The notes beneath the pieces are model-generated. The model did no database searches and was not told the DNA's origin. It saw only the letters and a program-made list of their open reading frames with translations. From NCBI GenBank assembly GCA_963752475.1, contig CAVVYR010000019.1:32001-96000 (forward strand): a stretch of DNA of 64,000 nucleotides, given 5' to 3'. Shown piece by piece: positions 48,603 to 58,037 of this stretch (the first letter of the stretch is position 1; the number at the start of each line of letters is the position of its first letter). Position numbers and translations under genes: made by a program. Origin of the DNA: an uncultured Chloroflexia bacterium (GTDB taxonomy: Bacteria > Chloroflexota > Limnocylindria > Limnocylindrales > CSP1-4).

Positions 48603-48642
48603 CTTTGTAAACGGACTGGACAAAGTTGCCGTCTCAAGTCTA
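48603..48642 (-). promoter_or_regulatory. Promoter -10 (TAGACT) followed by a ROK/XylR-like operator
   Basis: CTTTGT-N11-ACAAAG (48603-48625) just downstream of the minus-strand TAGACT (48637-48642). Confidence 0.5.
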
Positions 48643-48696
48643 GCGCCGCCCGCAACAGGCGTCACGTCGACTGCGTCGAGCGACTAGCATCCGGCC

Positions 48697-49753
48697 ATGC
48701 CTTCCGTACTCTCCCGAAAGATCCCCCTCGCCGAGCTGCACTGCCATCTCGGCGGAGCGGTGAACCCAGCCATCATGTGGGGCATCGCCCACGCCCAGGG
48801 CATCCGCCTGCCGAGCAAGGACTTCTGGGAGTTCCGGGACATGATCACCGTGTCCAAGCGGCGTGGTCGGTCGTTCGACGGCTACCTCCAGCTCTTCCAC
48901 TGGACCGAACTCATCCAGTCCTCGCCGCTGGCCGTGGAGCGCTCGACCTACGAGGTCATCGGCGGCGCCTACCGCAAGAACCACGTGACCACCATGGAAC
49001 TCCGCTTCAACCCCATGAAGCGAAACCGGGGAGGGGAGCAGGACCTCGACCACATCATCAGCGCGGCCATCCGCGGCATGGATCGGGCCACGCTCGAGTA
49101 CCCCGTCAAGCCGGGCCTGATCCTGTGTCTCGACCGGGCCTTTCCACAGCATCTCAACGAGATCATCGTGGAGAAGGCCATCGCCTATCGCGCGGCGTGG
49201 CGTCGTTGGCATCGACATCGCCGGCCCCGAGTCCTCTACCTTCGACCCGGCCGACTACAAGGGCGCCTTCGAGCGCGCCCACAAGAAAGGGCTGGGCATC
49301 ACCGTCCACACCGGCGAGTCGGGTCCGGTCGAGGAGGTCGCGGAGGTCATCGAGCAACTGCAGCCCGACCGCCTCGGCCACGGCGTGAAGTCGGCCTACG
49401 ACGAGCGCACGATGGGCATGCTGCGCGAGCGCGGCATCACCCTCGAGCTCTGCCCCACCAGCAACCTCAACTCGCGGGTCGTGTCGGGCTGGGACGAGTT
49501 CGCCTGGATCTTCGACACGTTCCACAAGAACGGCGTCCGCTACACCATCAACACCGACGGTCCCGAGATGCTCAAGACCTACATCCGCGACGAGATGGCC
49601 TCGCTGGCGCGGAAGGGCATCCTCTCGGTCGAACAGCAGGAGCAGGCTGCTGCCTGGGCCCGCGAAGCGTCGTTCGTCGAGGGGGCCGATGACGTGTCCC
49701 TGCCCAAGCGCACCCCGGCCACGCGGCGCCAGATCGAGCGCGAGGAGGCGTAG
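48697..49753 (+). CDS. add: Adenosine deaminase family protein (frameshift near 49191)
   Basis: ELHCHLGG; shifted frame GVVGIDIAGPE, TVHTGE, RLGHG, ELCPTSN, INTD. Confidence 0.85.
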
Positions 49754-50117
49754 CGGCGTGTGAGCGGTCGCCCGATCTTGCCCATCTATCACTCCCGGTG
49801 GTCGTAGGTGCATGGATGACCCAAGCTGGCTGTGACCGGACACTGCCAGAGTGCGCGGCAAGCGTGGAAGTGGCCGAAGACGGCCACCAGTTGCCGGCGA
49901 TGCGATCCTGGCCTGCGCCTAGTACCACCCCGGTTGGCAGGTGACCCAGAGGCGGCACCATAGAGCCGCAAACGGTCCGACGTGAGTTCGTCAGGGCTCC
50001 TCGGACGCGAGCTCGAGACGGCCCTCATCGAGCCCTCTCACGAATGCCTCAGCGTGTCTCCTCCCCGCGTCGTCCTTGGCCAGGTCTTCCTCGATCACTT
50101 CGAGCCAGGCGATCTCC

Positions 50118-51083
50118 CTAGAGCAGCCCCTCGGCCTCCTCGAGCGTGGCCTGGCCGTCGACGCCACCGATGGCGCGCACCGACAGCGAGCCACAGGCCA
50201 CGCCCAGGGCCAGGCACTCGGCCAGTGGCCGACCCTCGATGAAGCCGTAGAGGAAGCCGGCGTTGAAGCCGTCGCCGGCACCGGTCGAATCGACGACCTC
50301 GACCCTGTCAGCCGGCACCCGCAGGGCCTCGTCGCCACGAACGGCGAGGGCCCCATCGGCTCCGAGCTTCACGACCACGGTCAGCGGTCCCGCTGCCGGG
50401 TCGCGACCCGCTTCGTCCGCTCGCGTCACCAGCGCCTGGGCCGCCTCGAGCGGATCCATGATCCCGCTGATGAGTGCGGCTTCGCGCTCGTTGGGCAGGA
50501 ACACGTCGGTCGCTGCGAGCATGGCGTCGATGCCCTCCCACTTGCGCTCGGGGTCCCAGTTGGTGTCGAAGGAGGAGGTCGCGCCGGCAGCGCGGGCCTC
50601 TCGATAGAGGGCCGGCAGGCCGGGCCGCAGCTTGGGCTGGATGCCGGTCGACCCCGCATGGATGTGGCGGACGTGCGGCAGGATCTCGCGCGGCACGTCC
50701 TCCGCCCGCAGGCGGTCGATGGTGCCGGTGGCCGTGAGCATGGCACGGTCCTCGCCCGTCCCCAGGTGCACGGTCGCGCCGGTCGGGATGGCGGGGTCCA
50801 CGGTCACGGTCGAGGTGTCGACCCCGCGCTCGCGCAGGCCCTCGAGGATGGCGTGGCCCAGGATGTCATCGCCCACGATGCCACCGTGCGCCACGCGCAG
50901 ACCGAGTCGTGCCAGTCCACAAGCGGTGATGGCCGAGGAGCCGCCGACGGTCAGGCGGATCGTGCCGACGTACTTCTCGACCTGTCCGAACTCGGGCACG
51001 ACATCGCTGCCGATGACGAGGATGTCGGGATTGACATCGCCGATGACGTAGACATCGGTCTCGGGCACCGGCGCGTCACTCAT
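50118..51083 (-). CDS. PfkB family carbohydrate kinase
   Basis: GGSSAITA, PNERE, VVKLGADG, DSTGAGDGFNAG; ATGA overlap with the aldolase gene. Confidence 0.93.
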   Translation of the reverse strand: MSDAPVPETDVYVIGDVNPDILVIGSDVVPEFGQVEKYVGTIRLTVGGSSAITACGLARLGLRVAHGGIVGDDILGHAILEGLRERGVDTSTVTVDPAIPTGATVHLGTGEDRAMLTATGTIDRLRAEDVPREILPHVRHIHAGSTGIQPKLRPGLPALYREARAAGATSSFDTNWDPERKWEGIDAMLAATDVFLPNEREAALISGIMDPLEAAQALVTRADEAGRDPAAGPLTVVVKLGADGALAVRGDEALRVPADRVEVVDSTGAGDGFNAGFLYGFIEGRPLAECLALGVACGSLSVRAIGGVDGQATLEEAEGLL

Positions 51084-52099
51084 CCTGGGTTGCCCGGGTA
51101 GCCGGCAGCCCAGCCCTCGGTGGGTTCGGGCCCCTTGGACAGCGGCGACCGCTCGCGCCAGGGCACGGCTTCGGCCTCCACGATGTCGACCAGCCGCTGC
51201 ATTCGGGCAGCGCCGGTCTCGGCCAGCCAGGTGTCGCGCTCGGGCAGCTCCATATGGGCAGCTTCCTTCCACACCGAGCGGCCCACGAGCACGCCGGAGG
51301 CACCGGCCCGACAGGCAGCCAGCGTCTGAGCCTCGAAGGTGGCATCGTCGACGCCGGCCGAGAGGATGACCCAGGGGATGGCGCTGGCTTCTTCCATCTC
51401 AGCACAGGCCTCGGCCCAGCGCGTCTGGTCGGTGACGCCGGCGTCGTATGGGAACTCGCACTTGTAGACGTCGCCGCCGAGCGCGGTCAGGCGTCGGGCC
51501 GAGCGGACGACCGCATCACGTCGGACCTCGTCGGTGAGCTTGGCGACGCCATCCTCGATGGGATAGGTGAGCACTTCGAGGAACAGTGGGATGTCGTTAT
51601 CGACGCAGCACTCGGCGACCTCGATGAGGAGCCGCTCCTGCTCCTCGGCATTGGCCGCGTCCGGGTGGTAGTAGATGAGCAGCTTCACCGCGTCCGCGCC
51701 CATGCGCTTGATCTGGCTCACGCTCCAGCCCTCGATCAGCCGGCTCGTACGCTCGGTCGGAGGGCCGTCGTAGCCGCTCTCCTCGACGGCCACCATGAGG
51801 CCGCAGCCCGAGGGCAGGGAGCCATCGTGCACGGCGGGGCCGGCGCCGAGCTCCGGGTCGAGGAGGATGCCGTCGGCGACCGGGGCCACGGCGCGCACGA
51901 TCGAGCGCTTGATAGCCACGAGCTGCTCGTAGCTGATGGAGCCGGGATCGTCGGGCGCAAGCGCACGGCGAAGGTTGTTTCGATGATCGAGGGCGAGGAC
52001 GGAGAAGGTGCCCTTGTCCGAGGCACAGGCGTCCAGGCCGCGTAGTGTGCCGAGCCTCACGCTGAGCATCCTCCCACTGCGACGAACGGCTCCCTCCAT
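51080..52099 (-). CDS. lacD: Tagatose-1,6-bisphosphate aldolase (LacD family)
   Basis: LALDHR, ILLDPE, ADAVKLLIYYHPD, KCEFP, LSAGV, GRSVW. Confidence 0.88.
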   Translation of the reverse strand: MEGAVRRSGRMLSVRLGTLRGLDACASDKGTFSVLALDHRNNLRRALAPDDPGSISYEQLVAIKRSIVRAVAPVADGILLDPELGAGPAVHDGSLPSGCGLMVAVEESGYDGPPTERTSRLIEGWSVSQIKRMGADAVKLLIYYHPDAANAEEQERLLIEVAECCVDNDIPLFLEVLTYPIEDGVAKLTDEVRRDAVVRSARRLTALGGDVYKCEFPYDAGVTDQTRWAEACAEMEEASAIPWVILSAGVDDATFEAQTLAACRAGASGVLVGRSVWKEAAHMELPERDTWLAETGAARMQRLVDIVEAEAVPWRERSPLSKGPEPTEGWAAGYPGNPG

Positions 52100-52145
52100 G
52101 GCGGGAGCCGCGTAGACCTGATGCTACCATCGCCTTCTTGTGACA

Positions 52146-52203
52146 TACGGACGTCCGTACCACTCTTGACACCGATGGCACGATGAGGACCGGACGTCCG
52201 TAC
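52146..52203. promoter_or_regulatory. Two palindromic operators, probably for the GntR regulator
   Basis: Perfect TACGGACGTCCGTA (52146-52159) and CGGACGTCCGTAC (52191-52203) flanking TTGACA. Confidence 0.7.
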
Positions 52204-52256
52204 ATCTCAAGTCGAGCATCTGACACGCCGACGCGTGCCGGCCAGGAGGAGCAAGC

Positions 52257-52985
52257 GTGACGGTCGAGGCAGGCGGCGCGCCCCTATATCGACAGATCCA
52301 GTCCGACCTTCGCGAGCGCGTCTCGAGCGGTGAGCTCGAGCCGGGCGCCCAGATCGAGACCGAGCAGGAGCTGATCGCCCGCTATGGCGTCAGCCGGGCG
52401 ACCGTTCGCCAGGCGCTCTCGGGCCTCGTCGCCGAAGGGCTTCTGGAGATCCGTCGCGGTCGCGGCACGTTCGTCCACGGCGCCGCTCTCGAGCACCGCC
52501 TGGGCGGCTTCTACACCTTCAGCCGTGAGATCGAGCGTCATGGCATGCGTCCTGGCACGCGCGTTCGAGGCATCGGCCTGGAGCCTGCCGGCGACGATGT
52601 GGCGGAGGGCCTGGGTCTGGCGTCTGGTACCTCGGTCGTGGCGCTGTCGCGCGTGCGGCTGGCGGACGATCAGCCCATCGTGAGCGAGACCAGCTACCTG
52701 CCCGCGGCCCGCTTCAAGGACCTCGAGGAGGTCGACTTCACCGATACCAGCCTGTACGAGACGCTTCACAACGCCTATGGCGTGCGCCCGATGCGGGCGC
52801 GGGAGACGTTCGTACCGGTGCTGATGAGTCCCGACGATGCGGAGGTCCTCGGTGGTGCTACCGGCGACCCCGTGTTGAGCGTCGAACGAACCACTTACGA
52901 CGCCGACGGCGTGATCATCGAGTACTGCCGATCCATCCTTCGCGCTGACCGCTACCGCTACTCGGTCGAGCTGCGCGACGTCTGA
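52257..52985 (+). CDS. GntR family regulator (HutC/UTRA)
   Basis: PLYRQI, YGVSRATVRQAL, GRGTFV; UTRA domain. Confidence 0.95.
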   Translation: MTVEAGGAPLYRQIQSDLRERVSSGELEPGAQIETEQELIARYGVSRATVRQALSGLVAEGLLEIRRGRGTFVHGAALEHRLGGFYTFSREIERHGMRPGTRVRGIGLEPAGDDVAEGLGLASGTSVVALSRVRLADDQPIVSETSYLPAARFKDLEEVDFTDTSLYETLHNAYGVRPMRARETFVPVLMSPDDAEVLGGATGDPVLSVERTTYDADGVIIEYCRSILRADRYRYSVELRDV

Positions 52986-53011
52986 CCCGCATCGACCGAA
53001 CAGGAGCCGAC

Positions 53012-54061
53012 ATGTCCACGCCCATGAACCCCGCCGAGATCCAGCAGCGGGTCGAGTCCTCACTGCCCTGGCGTGAGGCCAGTGCCGCCGCCGCCGCCAT
53101 CGAGGCCGCGCATGCGGTGGCCCGCAGCGCTTCGCAAGACGTGGTCGATCGGCTCGATGGCGCCACACGCATCGTCATCTCCGGTGCCGGCTCGTCGCTC
53201 TACATCGCGCAGGTCGCGGCCTTTGCCTGGCGCGAGGAGGCCAACCTGCCGGCCGAGGCTCAGCCGCTGTCGGAGGTGCTGCTGCGCCCCGGTCCCGTCT
53301 TCGCCGGCCAGCCCATCGCCGACCAGCCGCTGGTCGTCGTCTCGCGCTCTGGTACCACCACGGAGGCACTCGAGGTGCTGCGCGCGGCACATGAGCGAGG
53401 GCAGTACACGGTGGCGGTCACCTGTCGCCCGGATGCACCGATGGCCGAGCTGGCCGACGTGACCCTCGCCATCCCAGAAGGAGACGATGAGGCCATCGTC
53501 ATGACGCGCTCCTTCGTCTCACAGGCCAGCCTGCTCATGCGTCTTGGCGCGCGCCTCGCTGACTCGGACTTCGCGACCGACCTCGATGCCATGCCCGGAC
53601 GTTGGAGCGAGACCGCGCCGTTCGTGGAGCGGGCGTTCGAGCTCGCCGCTTCCGCTCCGTCTCGATTGGTCGTGCTGGGTGCGGGCGCCGCCTTCGGCAT
53701 CGCCAACGAAGCCGTGCTCAAGACCACCGAGACCGGCCAGGTGCCGGCCTCGGCCTTCCATCCGCTCGAGTTCCGGCACGGACCGATCTCGGTCTGCGAG
53801 CCGGGCATGATCGTGGCCGGCGTGCTCGGTGGCCCGACCGCGGCTGACGAACGGCGGGTGGTCGACGAAGCGGCCGCGCTGGGCGCCACGCCCTTCGTCC
53901 TCGGGCCGGACGGGCCTGGTGCCGACTTGCACCCCACGGCGCGACTGCCGTTGGCCATGTACGCGCTGCAGGCGCTGGCCTTCGGTGCGGCAGTCGGCCG
54001 CGGACTCGATCTCGAGGCGCCACGGCATCTCGAGCGGGTGGTGGTCATCGAGGAGCAGTAG
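53012..54061 (+). CDS. SIS-domain sugar-phosphate isomerase/deaminase (AgaS-like)
   Basis: GAGSS, VSRSGTTTE, IVMTRSF, LEFRHGP, PRHLERVV. Confidence 0.88.
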   Translation: MSTPMNPAEIQQRVESSLPWREASAAAAAIEAAHAVARSASQDVVDRLDGATRIVISGAGSSLYIAQVAAFAWREEANLPAEAQPLSEVLLRPGPVFAGQPIADQPLVVVSRSGTTTEALEVLRAAHERGQYTVAVTCRPDAPMAELADVTLAIPEGDDEAIVMTRSFVSQASLLMRLGARLADSDFATDLDAMPGRWSETAPFVERAFELAASAPSRLVVLGAGAAFGIANEAVLKTTETGQVPASAFHPLEFRHGPISVCEPGMIVAGVLGGPTAADERRVVDEAAALGATPFVLGPDGPGADLHPTARLPLAMYALQALAFGAAVGRGLDLEAPRHLERVVVIEEQ

Positions 54062-54071
54062 GCTCGGGCCC

Positions 54072-54476
54072 ATGCTTCGTTTCGACCTCTCGACGTCCCG
54101 GCGTACGCAGGCGGTGGACGTCACTGATCTCTTCACCTCGCGCGAGTGGCCCGACGGGCTGCTCCTCGTCAGCGTCGAGCACACGACCGCGGCCATCTTC
54201 CTGGGCGAGTCAGGCTCGGAGATGTTCGAGGACTACGAGCGCGTGGCGGCCGACCTCATCGAGGGGTACGGCCCCTGGCAGCACGAGCAGTGGAACCCGG
54301 GCAATGCCCAGTCCCACGTGCTCTCCAGCTTCATCGGTGGCCAGCTGCTGCTGCCCATCACGAACGGCCGGCTCGACGTGGGCACCTGGCAACGCGTCAT
54401 CTTCCTCGAGCTCGACGGCCCCCGCCAGCGCCGGATCGCCGTCGCCAGCCTCGCCACCCAGCCGCTCGATCGGTAG
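54072..54476 (+). CDS. yjbQ: YjbQ (UPF0047) family protein
   Basis: HTTAA, NAQSH, GTWQRVIFLELDGPRQR; leaderless TAGGCT. Confidence 0.9.
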   Translation: MLRFDLSTSRRTQAVDVTDLFTSREWPDGLLLVSVEHTTAAIFLGESGSEMFEDYERVAADLIEGYGPWQHEQWNPGNAQSHVLSSFIGGQLLLPITNGRLDVGTWQRVIFLELDGPRQRRIAVASLATQPLDR

Positions 54477-54485
54477 CGACCGGCG

Positions 54486-54929
54486 TCAGGCCCCGATGAG
54501 GTCGAGCCCGAGCAGGATCGAGAGCGTGACGATCACGGCGTAGGCCGAGACGCTGATGGTCGAGGCGATGAGGAACGGACGCGTCGACATGCCCAGGCCC
54601 TTGGCCGCGAGCGCCATCGTCCACACGCCCAGCAGGGGAGTGGCCACGAACACGGCGACGACACCCCAGCGGTCGAGGATGCGCTCGACCCGCGCGCGCC
54701 GGAGCTTCGAGAGGTAGCGATCGACGCGCTCGATCCGTCGTAGCCGCTCGTAGCCCAGATCGACGAGGTACAGCGGCACGATATTCCCGAACGCCGACCA
54801 GAACGTCGTCGACACCGGGTCGAGCCCCGCAGCCAGACCGACCGGGATGGCGACGTAGATCTCGAAGAGCGGCAGGAACCCGACGAGCCAGGCCAGCGCG
54901 GCCGCGGCGACGTATTCGGCTGCGCTCAA
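54486..54929 (-). CDS. Small multidrug-export family membrane protein
   Basis: LPLFEIYVAIPVG, GNIVP, PLLGVWT. Confidence 0.75.
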   Translation of the reverse strand: MSAAEYVAAAALAWLVGFLPLFEIYVAIPVGLAAGLDPVSTTFWSAFGNIVPLYLVDLGYERLRRIERVDRYLSKLRRARVERILDRWGVVAVFVATPLLGVWTMALAAKGLGMSTRPFLIASTISVSAYAVIVTLSILLGLDLIGA

Positions 54930-54954
54930 ACGCGCGGCTCATCGGGCAGGCGCA

Positions 54955-55305
54955 CTAGCGAGTGATGCCGCCGAGCTTGGTGAAATGCAGCAGGTTCATA
55001 CCGTCGAGCTCCGCGTAGAGCTCGTCGCTCTGGTCGCCGACCACGTCGATGCGCACGATGTCACCGGCCGCGAGCAGCGCCGGCACCAGCGGCGCGCAGT
55101 GCTGGTTGTGCGCCACGAAGCCGGCCGCGCCCTCGAAGACCTCGACGTTGATGTTGCGCGTCTCGTCGTCGGAGATGAAGTAGTCGTAGCGCAGCGTGGC
55201 CGGCTCGGACTGGGTTCGTTCGAACAGCGCCTGCGCGGCGGCCTTGAAGTCGTCCACCTTGCCGGGCTTGATGTTGATGTCGACGATCAGCATGGTCTCT
55301 GCCAT
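54955..55305 (-). CDS. ABM/quinol monooxygenase-like protein
   Basis: IKPGKVDDF...EPATLRYD, dimeric alpha-beta barrel pattern. Confidence 0.8.
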   Translation of the reverse strand: MAETMLIVDINIKPGKVDDFKAAAQALFERTQSEPATLRYDYFISDDETRNINVEVFEGAAGFVAHNQHCAPLVPALLAAGDIVRIDVVGDQSDELYAELDGMNLLHFTKLGGITR

Positions 55306-55326
55306 GGGTCTCCCTCCCAGTCGTTC

Positions 55327-56142
55327 CTACGCTTCGGCGGCACGGCGCTGACGGCGTGCCTCATAGAAGAGTACGGCGGCGCTGGCCGAGACATTGAGGC
55401 TGTCCGCGAGTCCCAGCATGGGGATGGCAACCGGCGTCACGCCCTGGCCCGACCAGGCCTCCGAGAGCCCGGCGGTCTCGGCGCCGACGACGAGCGCCAC
55501 CGGCCCGGTCATGTCGACCGCGGCGTAGTCGGTCGCGCCCTCGACGCGCGCGGCCAGGATCTCGACCTCGAGGTCGCGCAGGAAGGCCAGCGCTGAATGG
55601 GACGTGCAGGCGGCCACCGGCAGGCTGAAGATCGTGCCCAGGCTGGCGCGGATGGCGTTGGGATTCCAGATGTCGCTCACCGGGTCGGCAGCGATGACCG
55701 CATCCACGCCCGCGCCATCGGCCGAGCGCAGCAGCGCCCCCAGGTTGCCTGGCTTCTCGACCTGCTCCATGACCGCGATGAGCGGCCGTTCGGGGAGGGC
55801 GGTAGCCATCGTTTCGAGGTCCGCGGGAGGCGTCTCGAAGACGGCCACGACCCCCTCGTCTCGATCGCCGTAGGCCAGCCGCGAGAGCAGCTCGGGCGTG
55901 GTCTCGACGGTCGGTGCCGCGCTCGCGACACGCGGCACCAGGGCCCGAGCCTCGTCGGTACGCACGCGTTCGGTGGCCATCCACGTCTCCCGCAGCACGA
56001 CCCCGGCGTCGAGCGCGCGGCCGATCTCACGAGCGCCGTCGACGATGATCAGGCCTTGCTTGCGTCGCTCCTTCGCATCTCGTAGGGCGAGCGCGGCCTT
56101 GAAGCGCGGGTTCTGACGACTGCTGACGTCCGGCTCGCGCAC
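55327..56142 (-). CDS. TrmH (SpoU) family RNA methyltransferase
   Basis: SRQNPRFK, EKPGNLGALLRS, VGAE, IPMLGLADSLNVS; GTG overlapping the upstream stop. Confidence 0.93.
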   Translation of the reverse strand: MREPDVSSRQNPRFKAALALRDAKERRKQGLIIVDGAREIGRALDAGVVLRETWMATERVRTDEARALVPRVASAAPTVETTPELLSRLAYGDRDEGVVAVFETPPADLETMATALPERPLIAVMEQVEKPGNLGALLRSADGAGVDAVIAADPVSDIWNPNAIRASLGTIFSLPVAACTSHSALAFLRDLEVEILAARVEGATDYAAVDMTGPVALVVGAETAGLSEAWSGQGVTPVAIPMLGLADSLNVSASAAVLFYEARRQRRAAEA

Positions 56143-56609
56143 TAGGGGTGCTTGCCGGCCTCGGAGGCCTCTTCGAGCGCCTGCGTCAGCTCCTTCGCCA
56201 GCTCCTCGGACCAGTCGGACCCGAAGATGCGGTAGAGCGGGATGTCCATCCGCGTGATGACCGCATCCGGATGGTTCTCCTCGTAGATCGCCTGGCAGCC
56301 ATCGACCTCTTCGAGCGAGCGGTCCCACCACTTCTCGCGGTAGGTATGGACGAAGACGTCGCGGTACTCCTCATCGCCCGGCAGGCGCGCGGTGAAGTAG
56401 AGCGTGTTGCCCACGAGGTCGTCGTCGGCACAGGCGGTCTCGCCGGGGAACGGACCCTCGACCTCGATGCCGCGCAGCATCACGGTCTGGAGGATGTCGC
56501 GGCTGTCGCCGGGGTGGAACGAGGGCTCGGTCGTGCCGTAACAGCCGGCGAGCACGAAGCTGCCGGCGAGGGCCAGGGCCAGGAGTCGCCGCGAGGTCAT
56601 CTGCATCAC
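56142..56609 (-). CDS. Hypothetical lipoprotein
   Basis: Lipobox LAG-C after a hydrophobic leader. Confidence 0.75.
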   Translation of the reverse strand: MMQMTSRRLLALALAGSFVLAGCYGTTEPSFHPGDSRDILQTVMLRGIEVEGPFPGETACADDDLVGNTLYFTARLPGDEEYRDVFVHTYREKWWDRSLEEVDGCQAIYEENHPDAVITRMDIPLYRIFGSDWSEELAKELTQALEEASEAGKHP

Positions 56610-56694
56610 GACGCCAAGCGTAGCGCCGCTCGCGTCACTCGGCGCCCGATGGCCCGCGAGCGCCGGATTCGCTGTTGGTCGTTACCATTCGACC

Positions 56695-57999
56695 GTGCCC
56701 AACCTCCGACCCTTCCGTGCGCTGCGCTACGACGTGGGCGCCGCTGACCTCTCGGCGGTGCTTGCGCCGCCCTACGACATCATCAGCCCCGACGAGCGTC
56801 AGGAGCTGCTCGCGCGCGACCCCCACAACATCGTGCGCATCGAGCTGCCGGCCGATCTGGGTGCCGCCGGCCCCGACGACTACGCCGCCGCCGCCGCTGC
56901 CGCAGCCGAGTGGCGCGAGAGCGGGATCCTGGTCAAGGACGCCGAGCCGACCGTGACCGTGCACCAGATGCGTTGGGTCGACGGCGAGGGTCGCGAGGGT
57001 TCAGCGACGGGCCTGCTCTGCCGGCTGGGCCTCGAGGAGTACGGTCCGGGCGGCGGCGTGCTGCCGCACGAGAAGACCCATGGCGGCCCCAAGGCCGACC
57101 GCTACGCCCTGCTCGAAGCCACGCAGCTCAACACCAGTCCGCTGGTCTTCCTCGCCGGCTCCGAACCAGCGGCCACCTCTGCTGCGCTGCTGGCGCTGAC
57201 CGAGCGTGAGCCCGATGCCACCGGCGCTACCGCTGACGGGGTAAACCATCGCGTCTGGGTCGTCGATGCCACGGCCGCCGAGCCGGTCCTGGAGCTGATG
57301 CGCGCGCAGCCTGTCACCATCGCCGACGGCCACCATCGCTACGAGACCGCGCTGACCTATCGACGTGATCACGAGAGCGAGCGCCCGGCCGACGGTGAGC
57401 CTGCCTGGGACTACCTGCTGGCGCTGATCTACCCGCTGGACCAGTCCCCGCCGGCCCTGCCCACGCACCGCGTCGTCCGCGGTCAGCCGTGCGGCGAAGA
57501 TCTGCTGGAGCGCCTCGCTCCGTACGCCCGAGTCGAGCGACTGCCGGATCTCGGGACGCTGCTGGCGCGCATGGCCGAGCCTGCAAGCTTCGCTCCTGGC
57601 GTTACCGGCACCGGTCGCATCGGCGTCTACACCGGACGTGATCCGGTCGCAGCGATCCTGACCGTCGACCGAAGCGCCACGGACGCACTCCTCGACGCGA
57701 GCCTGTCGGAGGGCTCGAAGGGGCTGGATGTCAATGCGCTCAGCGTGATCATCGACAAGGCCTACGGCGCCGACGCCACCGAACTGGCCGCGAAAGGTCA
57801 GCTCTGGTATGTCAAGGACGCAGGTGCGGCCACAGCACAGGTCGACTCCGAGGAGGCATCCGCCGCCTTCCTGCTCGACGAGATGCCACCGTCGGCCATC
57901 TCGCTCGTGGCCGAGGCCGGCGAGGTCATGCCCCAGAAGTCGACCTACTTCAACCCCAAGGCGCCCACCGGCTTGCTGCTCAGCCCGCTGGAGTGGTAG
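56695..57999 (+). CDS. DUF1015 family protein
   Basis: PFRALRY, PPYDII, PHEKT, IADGHHRYETA, MPQKSTYFNPK. Confidence 0.93.
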   Translation: MPNLRPFRALRYDVGAADLSAVLAPPYDIISPDERQELLARDPHNIVRIELPADLGAAGPDDYAAAAAAAAEWRESGILVKDAEPTVTVHQMRWVDGEGREGSATGLLCRLGLEEYGPGGGVLPHEKTHGGPKADRYALLEATQLNTSPLVFLAGSEPAATSAALLALTEREPDATGATADGVNHRVWVVDATAAEPVLELMRAQPVTIADGHHRYETALTYRRDHESERPADGEPAWDYLLALIYPLDQSPPALPTHRVVRGQPCGEDLLERLAPYARVERLPDLGTLLARMAEPASFAPGVTGTGRIGVYTGRDPVAAILTVDRSATDALLDASLSEGSKGLDVNALSVIIDKAYGADATELAAKGQLWYVKDAGAATAQVDSEEASAAFLLDEMPPSAISLVAEAGEVMPQKSTYFNPKAPTGLLLSPLEW

Positions 58000-58037
58000 C
58001 CGGCAGGGGACGGGACGAGAGGAGAGACGGCAGAAGG

